Source: an archaeon (GTDB taxonomy: Archaea > Iainarchaeota > Iainarchaeia > Iainarchaeales > CSSED10-239). Taken from it: a stretch of DNA of 32,000 bases. Both the position numbers and the translations under genes were made by a program. Shown in pieces: positions 9,022 to 17,874 of this stretch; position 1 is the first letter of the stretch, and every line of letters begins with the position of its first letter. The notes beneath the pieces were generated by a model. That model was given only the letters and a program-made list of their open reading frames with translations, ran no database searches and had not been told where the DNA came from. Location of the stretch: contig DAOMZT010000004.1 in the NCBI GenBank assembly GCA_035400625.1, positions 30,001 to 62,000 on the forward strand, in the 5' to 3' direction.

Positions 9022-9861
9022 TTATTTTCTATACACATATTTAATATATTTTGTTGAGAAAGATAAAATTACAATTATTAAAATACCAACTAAAATTATT
9101 TGAAAGATTGTGGAATTTAAAATTGATTTTATATCTATATTTTTTGCAAAAGAAACTAAACCAGTAACAACAGAAGTTACTTGTTTCTTGTTTTGTTCTG
9201 GTTCTTCTTTTTTTGGCAACTCTAGATCAACAAAGCCATAAACTCCATTACATCTGTATTCTATCTTTGTTTCTCTTAAATCTGTTTTAAAAACTCTAAC
9301 TATTTTTGTTTCTACATCGCTTGTAGCAATTACTACTCCTATTGGAGAATCTAAATTTACATCTTTTATACCTATTATGTTGATTTCTTGATCTTTATCA
9401 CTAGAATTTTTAAAAGTTAAATCTAAACTATAGTTGTCTGTTTCTTTAACATAAACTATTGTGTGCTGTAAATCAATTGGACAAATTCTATTTGCTTTCT
9501 GGATAATTTCAAAATCTATTTTTTTAGAATTTTGTAAATACATTAACTCAATGCTTACTTTATAGGTAGAATCCAAAACATTTTCTAGAGGAGAAATAAC
9601 AAAAGTAATTTCTTTAGATTCGTTTGGGTTAAGAGTTATTTTGTCTTCTGAGAAATAAGACTCATAAGGGGAAGTATAGGATACCAAAGAATATGTTTGT
9701 GCAGTAGAATATGGATTGTAAATATAAAGAGTAGCAGAGACAGGGGCATCAACTACTGTTACTTTTTTTGGAAAAGAAACTGTAGGGGAGTTATCTGCAT
9801 AAATTAATTGCAAAGATAATAAGGTCACCATTATAAATAAAAATACTTTTTTCTTAATCAT
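9022..9861 (-). CDS. Smaller cell-surface protein: signal peptide, beta-rich ectodomain, C-terminal TM anchor. Co-operonic with 7136-9013.
   Basis: N-terminus MIKKKVFLFIMVTLLSLQLIYADN, C-terminus IFQIILVGILIIVILSFSTKYIKYVYRK. Its stop is 8 nt before the start of the next gene on the same strand. Confidence 0.65.
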   Translation of the reverse strand: MIKKKVFLFIMVTLLSLQLIYADNSPTVSFPKKVTVVDAPVSATLYIYNPYSTAQTYSLVSYTSPYESYFSEDKITLNPNESKEITFVISPLENVLDSTYKVSIELMYLQNSKKIDFEIIQKANRICPIDLQHTIVYVKETDNYSLDLTFKNSSDKDQEINIIGIKDVNLDSPIGVVIATSDVETKIVRVFKTDLRETKIEYRCNGVYGFVDLELPKKEEPEQNKKQVTSVVTGLVSFAKNIDIKSILNSTIFQIILVGILIIVILSFSTKYIKYVYRK

Positions 9862-9969
9862 ATTTATCTCTTTTTTTATGTTATTAACTTTTTCCAGTTA
9901 TAATATATAATTTACTGTGGAGAAAGGCTTATAAACATGATTTATTCTTAAAAAAAGAGAAAAATGGCA

Positions 9970-12900
9970 TTATCTAGCCATATCTAGACCAATAACAGAA
10001 GAATTGCCTTTTAGAGTTACACCAATTATTTGGTTTGCACCAGATACAATTGTGCTGTTGTGGGTTATACAGATGACAGCTACTGATTTAGATAGCTCCT
10101 TGATATAATTTAGGAGATTCTCTGAGTTTTGATCATCTAAAGAAGCATCAACTTCATCAAGAATATAGAATGGAGATTTCCTATAAGCATGAACTGCAAA
10201 GATAACTGCAAGAGCAGTTATTGTTTTTTCTCCGCCAGAGATGATGTCTATACTTTTTTTTTGACCATTCTTTATTATGTTAATTATCAATTGAGAAGTC
10301 AAAGGATCATCACCTAAAAGTTCAAGACTTCCTTTTAAAGTATTAGACATTTTTGAGATTACTGTCTTAAATTCTGCATTAACCTTATTGAAACAATCCA
10401 TAAATATAGTTGTCTTTTTCAAATTTATTTCATCTAACATTGCTTCAACTTGTGCTTTTTCTGCAACTATGATATCAAATTTCTGCATAATCTCTGAATA
10501 TTCCTTTGCCAGCTTTTCATAGGAATCTATTGCATTGAAGTTAATGTTGCCTAGAGCATTCTTGTCTCTTTTTATGGCTCTAAGCTTTGAGTAAAGCTGT
10601 TCTATTGTAAATTCAACGGTCTCATATTTGTCTTTAACCTCAAGCATTTTAATATTTTGATCTGCTTGAAGAACTTTGCTTTTTAATGTGTTAATGTTTA
10701 ATCTTGCATCATTGATTACAAGATTAATTTCTGAAATAGAAACATCAATCTCATGTATCTGCTGATTAATCAAAGAAGACTCTTGAGAAACATTTGATTT
10801 TTTTTGAAACATTTCTTGTTTTTTCTGGTCTTCAGTTTGGAATTTTTTGTTTATCTCTTTTATCTTGTTGTCTATCTCTATTATCTGATCACTATAATTG
10901 TTCATCTGTTTTTGAAGTTCTTTAATTTTAGAATTATTAATATCTATAAGACTAGATTTGCTATCAATCTTTTCTCTTACTGTTTTTTCTTCAGCTTTCT
11001 TAGAGATTAAACTTTGCTCTAAGATGTTTGTTTCTGAGACTAAAGAATCATAATCGTCCCTTAAGGTGGTTTGAGCACCTATACTTAAGGTCTTTAGCTT
11101 GTCTTCTATCTCTTGCTTCTCTTTTCTTAGAGTAATAAGCACATTATCAAGGGCAGAGGTTTGGTCTTTGATCTGTCCAAGATTTTGTGTAATAGATTTA
11201 AGGGTTGTTGTGCTTGTGCTTGCTGATTTTATATCATCTGTTTTTTCAATAATTTCATCAAGAGCAGCAATGTTAGTGTTAAGCTTTACTTGTAAATCTG
11301 TTAGCTCTTTGTTTTTCTCAAAATGCTCTTTATTGCTTGTTTCACGACTTTTAATGATCTCTAAAATCTTAGAATTTGCGAGTTCAAGCTCCTTTTCTAT
11401 TGCTACAATTTTGCTTTCAAGCTCTTTTGGGTCTTTAATCAATATCTTCTTATAACAAAAGCCATCAAAGTAAAAGCCATCGATGCTTTGTGCTTTAGTC
11501 TTAATGCCTGTGTGTTCAAAAAATTTCTTTGATAGCTCTTTTTCAGATGCCCCTAAAGTTGTTAAAACTACAAAATTAATGTTTGTGTGTTCTCCAATTT
11601 CTTTAATAATTTTAGAGATATCCTTAGAGTCCTTTAAAACAACATAATTAGAGTAGATGGATTTTTGAGATTTCTCAAGAGTAACAAATTCATCTAAAAA
11701 GCCAATAAAGCTATTGTGTTTTTTAAGACTTGATTTTAGCTTTTCTCTTTTATCAAGCGCTAAGGAAGTAAAAGACAGATCCTTTTTGAAACCATTTAGC
11801 TCTATGGTCTTTTGAGATATTTTTTTCTGAAGATCTTCTTTTTCCTTTTCTTCTGTTTTTAATTTTTGGATTAATTTTGAGATTTCGCTTTCAAGAGTTG
11901 CTATTTCTTTTCTTTGTTTTGAGATGGTGCCTTCAATTTCTTTTTTTCTTTCAAGCAGGGCTTTTGATTCAGCTTCTTTTTCCTTGCTTTGTTTTTCAAT
12001 AGTTTCTTTTTGAAACTCATAAGCTGATATTTTTGTTTTATTTGAGAAAAAATCCTCTTGTTTTTTAGTTATTTCTTTATTTAGGCTTGAAAGTCTTGTG
12101 TAAAGCTCTTCTTGAATCTTTCTAACTCCTTCAAATTCCTTAGAGTGCTTCTTTATCTGTTCTTTAAGGTTGTCTCTTGTTTTAGATTTTAGCTTTAATT
12201 TTTCTTCTTGTTCATTAATTATTGTCTTAATTAACTGCTCTTCTTTTTTAAGTTCTGAAAGCTCACCTGACAGCTTTTGATTTTCGTTTTCTAAATATTC
12301 TATATTTTCCTTTTTTAGATTAAAATTATTTTGAATAATCTCTTTGTTTGCTTTGTTCTCAGAAAGCTCTCTGCCAACTGTTGATTGTACTTTTTCAGAA
12401 TGGGCAATTAAATCATTATTAATATTTTCTAGTTTATTTTCATATTCAGATATCTTTAGCAACAGTTCTTTTTTGTTCTGGTTTTTAACATCAATATCAC
12501 TAACAAGTTTTGTGATTTTTGCTTCTTCTAGGAATAACTCGCTATTGTATTCATCTATTTGCTTATTGTATAGGTTATAGCTGTAGATTTGTTCTAAACT
12601 ATCAAGTTCTTTAAACTTTAATGCTGCTTCTCTTTCTGCAGATAATTGTTCAACATATGGTTTTCTTTCGTTTAAGGCAATTGATACCTTTTCTAATCTT
12701 TTATTTACTTTATCAAGATTATCTTGTGCTTCTTTTTTTCTTTCATCAAATAAAGAAATGCCTGAAATATCTTCAACTATTTTTCTTCTTTCCTCTGGGT
12801 TCATGTTGATGATCTTTGTAACATCCCCCTGCTGAACTGTATAATAGCCATCAGCAGTTATTCCTGTTTCCTCTAAGAAAGATGTGATCTCGTTTAGTGC

Positions 12901-13221
12901 TTTTCTTTTACCATCAAGATAACATACAGATTTGCCAGATTCGTCTATTTCTCTAATAATATCTATATCTTTGCCTTCGTGGTTAAAGACAACCCTGACT
13001 CTTGCTGTTCTTTCTTTAGCAGATTGATTAACAAGATTAGCTGTCTTATCAACTCTTAGTCTTTTTAAAGAAGTAGAGCCAAATGCAAAAATAAGAGCAT
13101 CAATAATGTTGCTTTTACCAGACCCGTTAGGGCCAACAATAACCTGAAAGCCTGATTTAAAAGGTATGCTTGCGTAGTCAAAAGATTTGAAATTCTTCAG
13201 CACAAGCTCTTTTATATGCAT
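9970..13221 (-). CDS. smc: SMC chromosome-segregation ATPase
   Basis: Walker A GPNGSGKSNIIDALIFAFG at the N-terminus, long coiled coils, a central hinge-like non-coil segment, C-terminal signature SGGEKTITALAVIFA, and Walker B FYILDEVDASLD. 1083 aa. Confidence 0.92.
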   Translation of the reverse strand: MHIKELVLKNFKSFDYASIPFKSGFQVIVGPNGSGKSNIIDALIFAFGSTSLKRLRVDKTANLVNQSAKERTARVRVVFNHEGKDIDIIREIDESGKSVCYLDGKRKALNEITSFLEETGITADGYYTVQQGDVTKIINMNPEERRKIVEDISGISLFDERKKEAQDNLDKVNKRLEKVSIALNERKPYVEQLSAEREAALKFKELDSLEQIYSYNLYNKQIDEYNSELFLEEAKITKLVSDIDVKNQNKKELLLKISEYENKLENINNDLIAHSEKVQSTVGRELSENKANKEIIQNNFNLKKENIEYLENENQKLSGELSELKKEEQLIKTIINEQEEKLKLKSKTRDNLKEQIKKHSKEFEGVRKIQEELYTRLSSLNKEITKKQEDFFSNKTKISAYEFQKETIEKQSKEKEAESKALLERKKEIEGTISKQRKEIATLESEISKLIQKLKTEEKEKEDLQKKISQKTIELNGFKKDLSFTSLALDKREKLKSSLKKHNSFIGFLDEFVTLEKSQKSIYSNYVVLKDSKDISKIIKEIGEHTNINFVVLTTLGASEKELSKKFFEHTGIKTKAQSIDGFYFDGFCYKKILIKDPKELESKIVAIEKELELANSKILEIIKSRETSNKEHFEKNKELTDLQVKLNTNIAALDEIIEKTDDIKSASTSTTTLKSITQNLGQIKDQTSALDNVLITLRKEKQEIEDKLKTLSIGAQTTLRDDYDSLVSETNILEQSLISKKAEEKTVREKIDSKSSLIDINNSKIKELQKQMNNYSDQIIEIDNKIKEINKKFQTEDQKKQEMFQKKSNVSQESSLINQQIHEIDVSISEINLVINDARLNINTLKSKVLQADQNIKMLEVKDKYETVEFTIEQLYSKLRAIKRDKNALGNINFNAIDSYEKLAKEYSEIMQKFDIIVAEKAQVEAMLDEINLKKTTIFMDCFNKVNAEFKTVISKMSNTLKGSLELLGDDPLTSQLIINIIKNGQKKSIDIISGGEKTITALAVIFAVHAYRKSPFYILDEVDASLDDQNSENLLNYIKELSKSVAVICITHNSTIVSGANQIIGVTLKGNSSVIGLDMAR

Positions 13222-13484
13222 TGTTTATTCCCTTTGTTTTGTATTTTATAGATATAACTAAATTAGAATATATACTTATAATATATTATATAAAGAGTAT
13301 TTAAATATAATGTTTGAAAAAATTACTACCATCAATAAATATCATCACTCGTTTTAAAGAATCAGACATTTAAATCACATTAGAAATCCTGCCATCACGA
13401 ATCGAAATGATTCGCAACAACAGGGAGTTAATTATAAATATATTATAGCGATATGTTTTTAAAGATTAAAATTGTTTGTTTTCT

Positions 13485-13946
13485 TTAAAACTTATATCCA
13501 AAAAAGCTAGTTTTAAATAATTCTACAAGAGTTTTAACATTAGGTGCTAGATTATATTCTTCCAAATCTTTAACAGCAACATATTTGGCTTTAGAAAACA
13601 CGTGTTTTTCTGTAATCCTTGGTTGTTTTGTTGATTCTCCAATAAAGTTATAGCTTCTTCTTTTTATTTTATCTGGAGTTTCAAAATCAATATAAAAAGG
13701 AGGATATTTTAATATTTTTGGCTTAATATTTACTTCCTCAAAAACTTCTCTAAGAGCAGCATTTTTTAAAGTTACATTTTTTGTTTTTCCTGCATCTAAA
13801 AGTTTAATTTTTCCACCAGGAAGTTCCCAATGTTTTTTGTCTTTTCTTTCTACTAGAAGAATCTTGTCTTTATTAAATATAATAATTCCTGAATTAACAA
13901 CTCTCTCATCTTCTAAATATTTATCTATAAGTTTATTGTATTTCAT
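13485..13946 (-). CDS. Nudix hydrolase with a divergent, lengthened Nudix box
   Basis: The ORF track start (13955) is a TTG. ATG at 13946 gives MKYNKLIDKY. The Nudix-box core is AALREVFEEVNI (REUxEExxU with G replaced by N), preceded by PGGKIKLLDAGKTKNV. That is about 7 residues longer than the canonical Gx5Ex7RE spacing. Confidence 0.7.
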   Translation of the reverse strand: MKYNKLIDKYLEDERVVNSGIIIFNKDKILLVERKDKKHWELPGGKIKLLDAGKTKNVTLKNAALREVFEEVNIKPKILKYPPFYIDFETPDKIKRRSYNFIGESTKQPRITEKHVFSKAKYVAVKDLEEYNLAPNVKTLVELFKTSFFGYKF

Positions 13947-13951
13947 AAAAA

Positions 13952-15241
13952 TCAAAAAATATCATTTTTCTTTATCTCTGTCTTTCCATACATGTACTTC
14001 TGTAGCACTTTTGGTATCTTAATTGTTCCTTCTTTTGTCTGGTGGTTTTCAAGTATTGCAACAAGTGCACGAGAGGTTGCTATCGCTGTGTCATTTAAAG
14101 TATGAACATAATATTTCTCGCCTTGTCTTGTCTTTGCTTTGATATTAAGCCTTACTGCCTGAGCACTTGTTAGATTACTACAAGAAGCCACTTCAATATA
14201 CTTGTTGTTTCTTGGAGACCATACCTCGACATCTGCTCCTCTGTGCTTTAAGTCCCCTAAATCTCCAGTACAGCTCTCTAATATTCTTGTTGGAAGCTCA
14301 AGAGAAACAAAAAGCTTAACTGTATTTTTAAGAAGCTCGTTATAGGCCTTTTCTGATTCTTCTGGCTTACAGATGATTATCTGTTCAACCTTATCAAACT
14401 GATGTAATCTAAACAAGCCCCTTTCATCTAGACCATGAGAACCGATTTCTTTTCTAAAACAAGATGAAAAACTAAAGATCTTTATTGGCAATTTTTCCTC
14501 ATCAATAGTTTTATCTACAAACATAGAGATTAATGGATGTTCTGAAGTTGCAATCAGATACAAGTCTTCGTCTTCAATCTTATAAGCCATATCTCTAAAA
14601 AAAGTAAAATCAACAGAGCCTTCACATGCTCTTTTGTTTATCATTTGTGGTGGAAGAACATAAACATATCCTTTCTTATGTAAAAAATCAGAAGCATAAT
14701 TGATTAATGCCCTATTAAGTAATGCCAAATCACCTTTAAGATAATAGAAGCCTTTTCCTGAAACATTTCTTGATGCCTCAAAATCTGCGATATTAAGCAT
14801 TTCTGCAATTTCTCCGTGATTTATTACTTCAAAGTCTAATTTTTTTGGTTCTCCAAATCTTTTGACTTCTTTATTCTCTGTTTCATCTTTGCCAATTGGT
14901 GTTTTTTTTGAAATTATGTTTGGTATTTTCTTTTGAATATCTATTATTTTTTCATAAAGTTCTCTTTGTTTATCATCTATGACTTTTATTTTTTCTGGCA
15001 AAAGCCTAGCTTCTGCAAGCAAGTCATCTATTGGCAACCCTTTTTGCTTGTTTTCTGAGATCTTATCAGTAACTGTGTTTCTTTTGTGTTTTAAGTCATT
15101 AGCTAATTGTATGTTTTGTCTATATTCTTCATCAAGCTTTATGACTTCATCAACTAAAGGAAGAAGATACTCTTTATTCTTATTCTTAATATTTTCTTTT
15201 ACTTTTTTTATATTTTCTCTAATAAATTTCATCTCTAACAT
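13952..15241 (-). CDS. serS: Seryl-tRNA synthetase
   Basis: The ORF track start (15250) is GTG. ATG at 15241 gives MLEMKFIRENIKKVKEN, the usual SerRS N-terminus. It has an N-terminal coiled-coil arm and a class II core (FRKE..., GLFRLHQFDKVE, TLNDTAIATSRALVAILEN). Confidence 0.92.
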   Translation of the reverse strand: MLEMKFIRENIKKVKENIKNKNKEYLLPLVDEVIKLDEEYRQNIQLANDLKHKRNTVTDKISENKQKGLPIDDLLAEARLLPEKIKVIDDKQRELYEKIIDIQKKIPNIISKKTPIGKDETENKEVKRFGEPKKLDFEVINHGEIAEMLNIADFEASRNVSGKGFYYLKGDLALLNRALINYASDFLHKKGYVYVLPPQMINKRACEGSVDFTFFRDMAYKIEDEDLYLIATSEHPLISMFVDKTIDEEKLPIKIFSFSSCFRKEIGSHGLDERGLFRLHQFDKVEQIIICKPEESEKAYNELLKNTVKLFVSLELPTRILESCTGDLGDLKHRGADVEVWSPRNNKYIEVASCSNLTSAQAVRLNIKAKTRQGEKYYVHTLNDTAIATSRALVAILENHQTKEGTIKIPKVLQKYMYGKTEIKKNDIF

Positions 15242-15335
15242 AAATATCACACAAAATAAATATTAGATAAAATAATAAGAACAAAAGAATATAAAAAGCT
15301 TTATTTTAGTAAAAAATAGAAATTAAAAAGAAGAA

Positions 15336-15875
15336 CTAGTCTTCTTCACAATCTTTGCTATGCTCATGTTCTGAACAATCGCTTTCACAACTAGAACAAT
15401 GTCCGCCACAAGAATGTGCCATCATTTCTTCTTCAAGTTTTTTTCCTTCTTCTTCTGACAAGATTTCAAGAAGCTTTACTTTAAAAGTCAGGTTTTTGCC
15501 AGCAAGTGGATGATTCAAGATAGCATCAATTGTGCTTTCTTCGATTTTTTTAATCTCTATAGCAAGTGGGCCAATACCTGACATCACAACTATTTCTTTG
15601 CCTTCTTCTAAGTCACTTATGCCTGCAAGAAGCTCTTTTGGAAGCTTAGCGATTTCTGTATTTTTTGGTCCATAACCCTCTTCAAAAGGAATCTTTATTT
15701 TTTTCTCCTCGCCAATCTTCATACCTATGACTCCATTATCAAAGCCAGGAATTACCATGCCAACTCCAACTTTAAACTTTAAAGGTTCTCTGCCTTTGCT
15801 TGAATCAAATATTTGGCCATCATCAAGAATCCCTTCATATTCTACTGATATCCAATCATTTTCTTTAACACTCAT
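15336..15875 (-). CDS. slyD: SlyD-type FKBP peptidyl-prolyl isomerase with IF (chaperone) insert and Cys/His-rich C-terminal tail
   Basis: FKBP core VEYEGILDDGQIFDSS...FKVGVGMVIPGFDNGVIGMKIGEEK, an insert-in-flap segment, then DAILNHPLAGKNLTFKVKLLEI (the SlyD hallmark NHPLAG). Tail: AHSCGGHCSSCESDCSEHEHSKDCEED. Confidence 0.85.
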   Translation of the reverse strand: MSVKENDWISVEYEGILDDGQIFDSSKGREPLKFKVGVGMVIPGFDNGVIGMKIGEEKKIKIPFEEGYGPKNTEIAKLPKELLAGISDLEEGKEIVVMSGIGPLAIEIKKIEESTIDAILNHPLAGKNLTFKVKLLEILSEEEGKKLEEEMMAHSCGGHCSSCESDCSEHEHSKDCEED

Positions 15876-15932
15876 TTAATTTCAGCTCCTTTTCTAAAAT
15901 AAGAACATAATTCAAATTTATCCTAAATAATT

Positions 15933-15960
15933 AAAAAAAGAACCTGCAATTGTTTGCAGG
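15933..15960 (-). terminator. Hairpin plus oligo-T terminator downstream of the 62-aa membrane-protein gene
   Basis: The minus strand reads CCTGCAA-ACAA-TTGCAGG (perfect 7-bp stem, 15960-15943), followed by TTCTTTTTTT (15942-15933). It starts 10 nt after the stop at 15970. Confidence 0.5.
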
Positions 15961-15969
15961 AAACTAATT

Positions 15970-16158
15970 TTATTTCTTCATCTTATATACAATGAAGTAA
16001 ACTATAGCAGTCAAAATACTAAATAATATTGCTGCGATTGTCCAAAGTATTTTTATTTCTACTTTTAACTTTTTGTTATTTGTGAATACATCATATATTA
16101 CCCAGATTGCACAAATTAATGCAACAACTCCTAATAGTGTATTTAACAATGATGCCAT
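15970..16158 (-). CDS. Small two-TM membrane protein, PLDc_N (cardiolipin-synthase N-terminal-like) family
   Basis: 62 aa with two hydrophobic helices. The pattern LICAIWVIYDVF...KILWTIAAILFSILTAIVYFIVYK matches the PLD-nuclease N-terminal small-protein family as I recall it. Confidence 0.55.
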   Translation of the reverse strand: MASLLNTLLGVVALICAIWVIYDVFTNNKKLKVEIKILWTIAAILFSILTAIVYFIVYKMKK

Positions 16159-16241
16159 TTTTAAAAAACCCCCTTTATGTTATAATTCTAATATAATTTA
16201 TTGAAGAATAACGTTTATAAATGGTTTTATTACTAAAAAAA

Positions 16242-16769
16242 TTATAACTTTAAAAAATAATGATTTAACACAATTTTATTTTTTCTTCTTTTACTTCTTG
16301 CTTTTTTTGTAAAAGTAAAACCACATTCTCTTATGTTTTTCTCTGAAATTTTATTTAATGGGTTTACATTAATTAAGGCGTATTTTAATTTTATTTTTTT
16401 GAAATATTCTATTCTTTTATTTATTAGAAACCTCTGCAAGCCATAACCTCTAAATCTTGGCGAAACAGCAGCAGCTAAAAGAACTGCTGCCTTTTCTATT
16501 TGTTTTTCTGTTAAATAGTAATTTTTTGCTTCTTCTTTATTTATTTGTAATCCCATTCCTGCCCAAGCAACCAATTTATCCTTATAAAAAACAACCCATA
16601 TCTTTCGACCACAAGACATCATGTTCTTAAGCATTTTTTTTGTGTGTCTAAAATAGAAATCAGGATTTACTTTTTTATAGATATTTATATCAAATCTGTT
16701 TAGTATATCGATATCTTTTTCAGTTGCAAAACGATAGGTAAATATTTTATCTTTTAGTTTTAATTTCAT
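16242..16769 (-). CDS. GNAT-family N-acetyltransferase
   Basis: 175 aa. Acetyl-CoA-binding motif A VSPRFRGYGLQRFLINKRIEYFK (R-x-x-G-x-G), with a beta-strand/helix layout typical of GNAT. Confidence 0.75.
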   Translation of the reverse strand: MKLKLKDKIFTYRFATEKDIDILNRFDINIYKKVNPDFYFRHTKKMLKNMMSCGRKIWVVFYKDKLVAWAGMGLQINKEEAKNYYLTEKQIEKAAVLLAAAVSPRFRGYGLQRFLINKRIEYFKKIKLKYALINVNPLNKISEKNIRECGFTFTKKARSKRRKNKIVLNHYFLKL

Positions 16770-16959
16770 TATTTTTCAATAATTTCTTTTTTAGTTTATT
16801 ATAATTAAATTCTTTATCTAATACTTGTTTTTAATGGTCTTAAAATCAAATTTTCTGCTTCTAAAATTTTGGTTTTATATTTATTAATAAATTCTTGATT
16901 TTTCATATATTATTTAATTTACAAAGTATTTAAAATTACTAATGTTCTTACTATTTACT

Positions 16960-17802
16960 ATGAAAGCAAAAGAAATTTATGAAAGATTAGAAAAAGACTT
17001 TATCAAAGGTAAAGGGCTTAGTGATGATTGGAAAGAAATTAAAAATTCTAAATATCTTTCTCTTAATTTTAAGAAAAGATCAATGGGTGTTGTCTATGAT
17101 TTCTCAAAAGAAATAAAGAAAGTATATACAGCAGTTTTTCCAGATAAATCAATTATCAAGAAAATACTTGCAAAGAAAGAAACAGATATTTTGCTGTTTG
17201 TTCATCATCCAATGTCTTGGGATATTACAAAAAAAGATGTTTTTACTTCTATTTCTAACAAAGATTTAGAAATATTTAAAAAAAGAAGAATATCGGTGTA
17301 TAATCTTCATGTTCCATTAGATAACTTTGGAAAATACTCAACAGCTAACACTCTTGCAAGGGCAATTGAGGTAAAGGTTGAAACACAATTTGCTCCTTAT
17401 TTTGGGGCGATGTGTGGCATTATTGGAACAGTAGGTACAGATAAAGTTTCAGATTTAAAAAAAACATTAGAAAAAGCAGTTGGGCACAAAGTTAAGCTTT
17501 ACAAATATGGCTCAGACAAAATCAAAAACAAAAGAATTGCCCTAGTTGGTGGTGGAGGAAATAGTCTTGATCTCCTTGAGACAATACCAAAAGGCATTAA
17601 TCTTTTTATTACTGGTGTTTCTGTAAAAAACGATTATGCCAAAAAGTCACATGATTACTTAAAAGAAAAAAAAATCAACCTTCTTGGTGGAACACACTAT
17701 TCAACAGAAAAATTTGCTTGCATTGCTATGGTTGATTATTTTACAAAACTAAGATTGCCTTGCGAGTTTATTGAAGGAAAACCAATGATGGAAGACATGT
17801 AA
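16960..17802 (+). CDS. NIF3-family (DUF34 / GTP cyclohydrolase I type 2 homolog) dinuclear-metal protein
   Basis: The ORF track starts at 16942. ATG at 16960 gives MKAKEIYERLEKDF, a typical NIF3 N-terminus. Conserved LLFVHHPMSWD, NLHVPLD and GGTHYSTEKF motifs. Confidence 0.8.
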   Translation: MKAKEIYERLEKDFIKGKGLSDDWKEIKNSKYLSLNFKKRSMGVVYDFSKEIKKVYTAVFPDKSIIKKILAKKETDILLFVHHPMSWDITKKDVFTSISNKDLEIFKKRRISVYNLHVPLDNFGKYSTANTLARAIEVKVETQFAPYFGAMCGIIGTVGTDKVSDLKKTLEKAVGHKVKLYKYGSDKIKNKRIALVGGGGNSLDLLETIPKGINLFITGVSVKNDYAKKSHDYLKEKKINLLGGTHYSTEKFACIAMVDYFTKLRLPCEFIEGKPMMEDM

Positions 17803-17874
17803 ATTAATGCAAAAGACCAGATTTAAAAAACTTATGCTCTTTCATATTACTATAAATTATAGGGGGGATCATTT

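Noticed and set aside
10804-12809. Four plus-strand ORFs (10804-11010, 11099-11455, 12344-12580, 12621-12809) inside smc
   Set aside because: They are antisense shadows of a long coiled-coil gene. They encode Leu/Phe/Ser-rich low-complexity peptides typical of the reverse strand of K/E-rich coding sequence, and the smc frame is continuous with intact Walker and signature motifs.
13340-13400. Possible archaeal C/D-box sRNA (GUGAUGG, CUGA and GUGAUGA on the minus strand)
   Set aside because: The box order and spacing do not fit C-D'-C'-D with roughly 12-nt guides. The C-like to CUGA span is only about 36 nt, there is no CUGA downstream of the perfect GUGAUGA, and there is no terminal stem. It is kept only as part of the low-interest structured-spacer finding.
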